A stretch of DNA of 64,000 nucleotides from Felis catus (Eukaryota), in assembly GCF_018350175.1 (NCBI RefSeq), contig NC_058368.1:209624001-209688000 (forward strand), given 5' to 3'. The stretch's first letter is position 1, and every line of letters begins with the position of its first letter. Of the stretch, positions 62,925-64,000 are shown piece after piece. Below the pieces are notes generated by a model. The model made no database searches, was not told where the DNA came from, and worked only from the letters and a program-made list of their open reading frames with translations. Both the position numbers and the translations under genes were made by a program.

Positions 62925-64000
62925 TATTCATTCATTCACTTAGCAAATATTTATTGAACACCTAGCAAATATTTACTGAGAAACCATTTTAAAAAAGTTT
63001 TTTTTTTGAGATAGAGACAGAGCATGAGTGGGGGAGAGGGCAGAGACAGAGGGAGACACAGAATCTGAAGCAGGATCCAGGCTTTCAGCTGTCAGCACAG
63101 AGTCCAACGCTGGGCTTGAACCTGCAAACCACGAGATCATGACCTGAGCCAAAATCGGACACTTAACCGACTGAGCCACCTAGGCGCCCCACTGAGAAAT
63201 CATTTTGAATGCTAGGGATGCAGTGGTGAACAAGAAAGTTTATATTCTATGTGGGTAAAAACAGTCAATGAATTAAAGAGCAAATAAATATTGAATATAC
63301 AAGTGTGATAGGTATTGTGAAGAAAAATTAAGAGGATGGAGAATGATGGCAAATGGTCAGGGCAAGATCTGTCTGTGGAGATAGATTTGAGGAGAAATGT
63401 GAATGAAATGAGATGTGAGTCATGTGAGGGTCTGGAGAACAGTTTCCGAAGCAGAGGATAATAAGAGTAAAAATAAGTAAGAGCTTGGCATGTTCCAGGA
63501 ATAGCAAGAAGGCTATGTTGTTTCTGGAAGAGTAGAGTTTGTGAAAGAATGAACCGGACAACAAATCCCTGTTCTCCTGGAACTGATATCACACCAGAGG
63601 GAGAGATACAAAATGAATCAACCATCACATAAATATATGTTGGGGGTGATAATTGCTATGAAGGAAGGAGCAGAGCAGAAGGGGGAGGAGAAAGAAACAA
63701 GTGCTTTTTTAGGTCGGTGGTGAGAGAAGGCTCCTGAGAGAAGATAACATTTAAGCAGTATCTTCAGTGAAGAGGGGGAGTGAACCACAGAGATATCCAA
63801 GAAGAATGACACAGGCAGGAGAAGAGTGAGTGCAAAGGCCCCGAGATGCTTAGAGAAAGGCAAAGAGTGTGGATGGAAGTTTGCAAGAAGAAAAAATGGT
63901 AAGAATGAGGTTGGATTCATAGCCAGGGGCAGAATTGCTTGGAGCTTGGAGGTCTTTAGAGTTATCCTCAGTGAGATGAGGTGCCAGTGTAGAGTTATGA
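62925..64000 (-). mobile_element. LINE-2 fragments (two overlapping/nested copies)
   Basis: ATTCATTCATTCACTTAGCAAATATTTATTGAACACCTA end and a typical purine-rich L2a-like body. Confidence 0.7.
62997..63190 (-). mobile_element. Can-SINE inserted in an L2
   Basis: TSD ACTGAGAAA(C/T)CATTTT. Confidence 0.9.

Noticed and set aside
1997..63179. Recurrent MAQSVKRPTSAQVMIS... and ...RERETQNLKQAPGSELSAQSP ORFs that look like a gene family
   Set aside because: Translations of Can-SINE copies.
63212..63920. 100-138 aa minus-strand ORFs
   Set aside because: Lie inside L2 relics.
1..64000. CRISPR arrays, operons, horizontally transferred or endogenous viral coding sequence
   Set aside because: No regularly spaced repeat-spacer structure, no long ORFs, and no compositional block other than the CpG island; the LTR material is solo MaLR LTR only.

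Overview
Mammalian, almost certainly felid, genomic DNA: AT-rich, with about 42 carnivore/feline tRNA-derived Can-SINEs plus L1, L2, MIR, MaLR-LTR and hAT-MITE relics. The only gene-related structure I can support is a CpG island (~35330-37060) containing the non-coding first exon of NIPBL (cohesin loader) on the minus strand, recognised from memory of the human NIPBL 5'UTR, with a splice donor at 35684/35683. Positions 1-35683 are therefore part of NIPBL intron 1. Positions above ~36200 are upstream sequence, where human has the divergent lncRNA NIPBL-DT (NIPBL-AS1). No protein-coding exon is present; the ORF-track entries are repeat-derived, GC-rich or chance ORFs. I found no new multi-gene system. 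The most interesting items are regulatory: three uORFs, one per reading frame, linked through a C7 run; a strong CTCF-like motif beside an E-box/ETS/FOX cluster ~7 kb upstream; a STAT/G4 element ~22 kb upstream; an 8.7 kb zone free of young SINEs around the promoter; and several SINE re-insertion and inverted-pair structures. Repeat boundaries and subfamily names are by eye and approximate.
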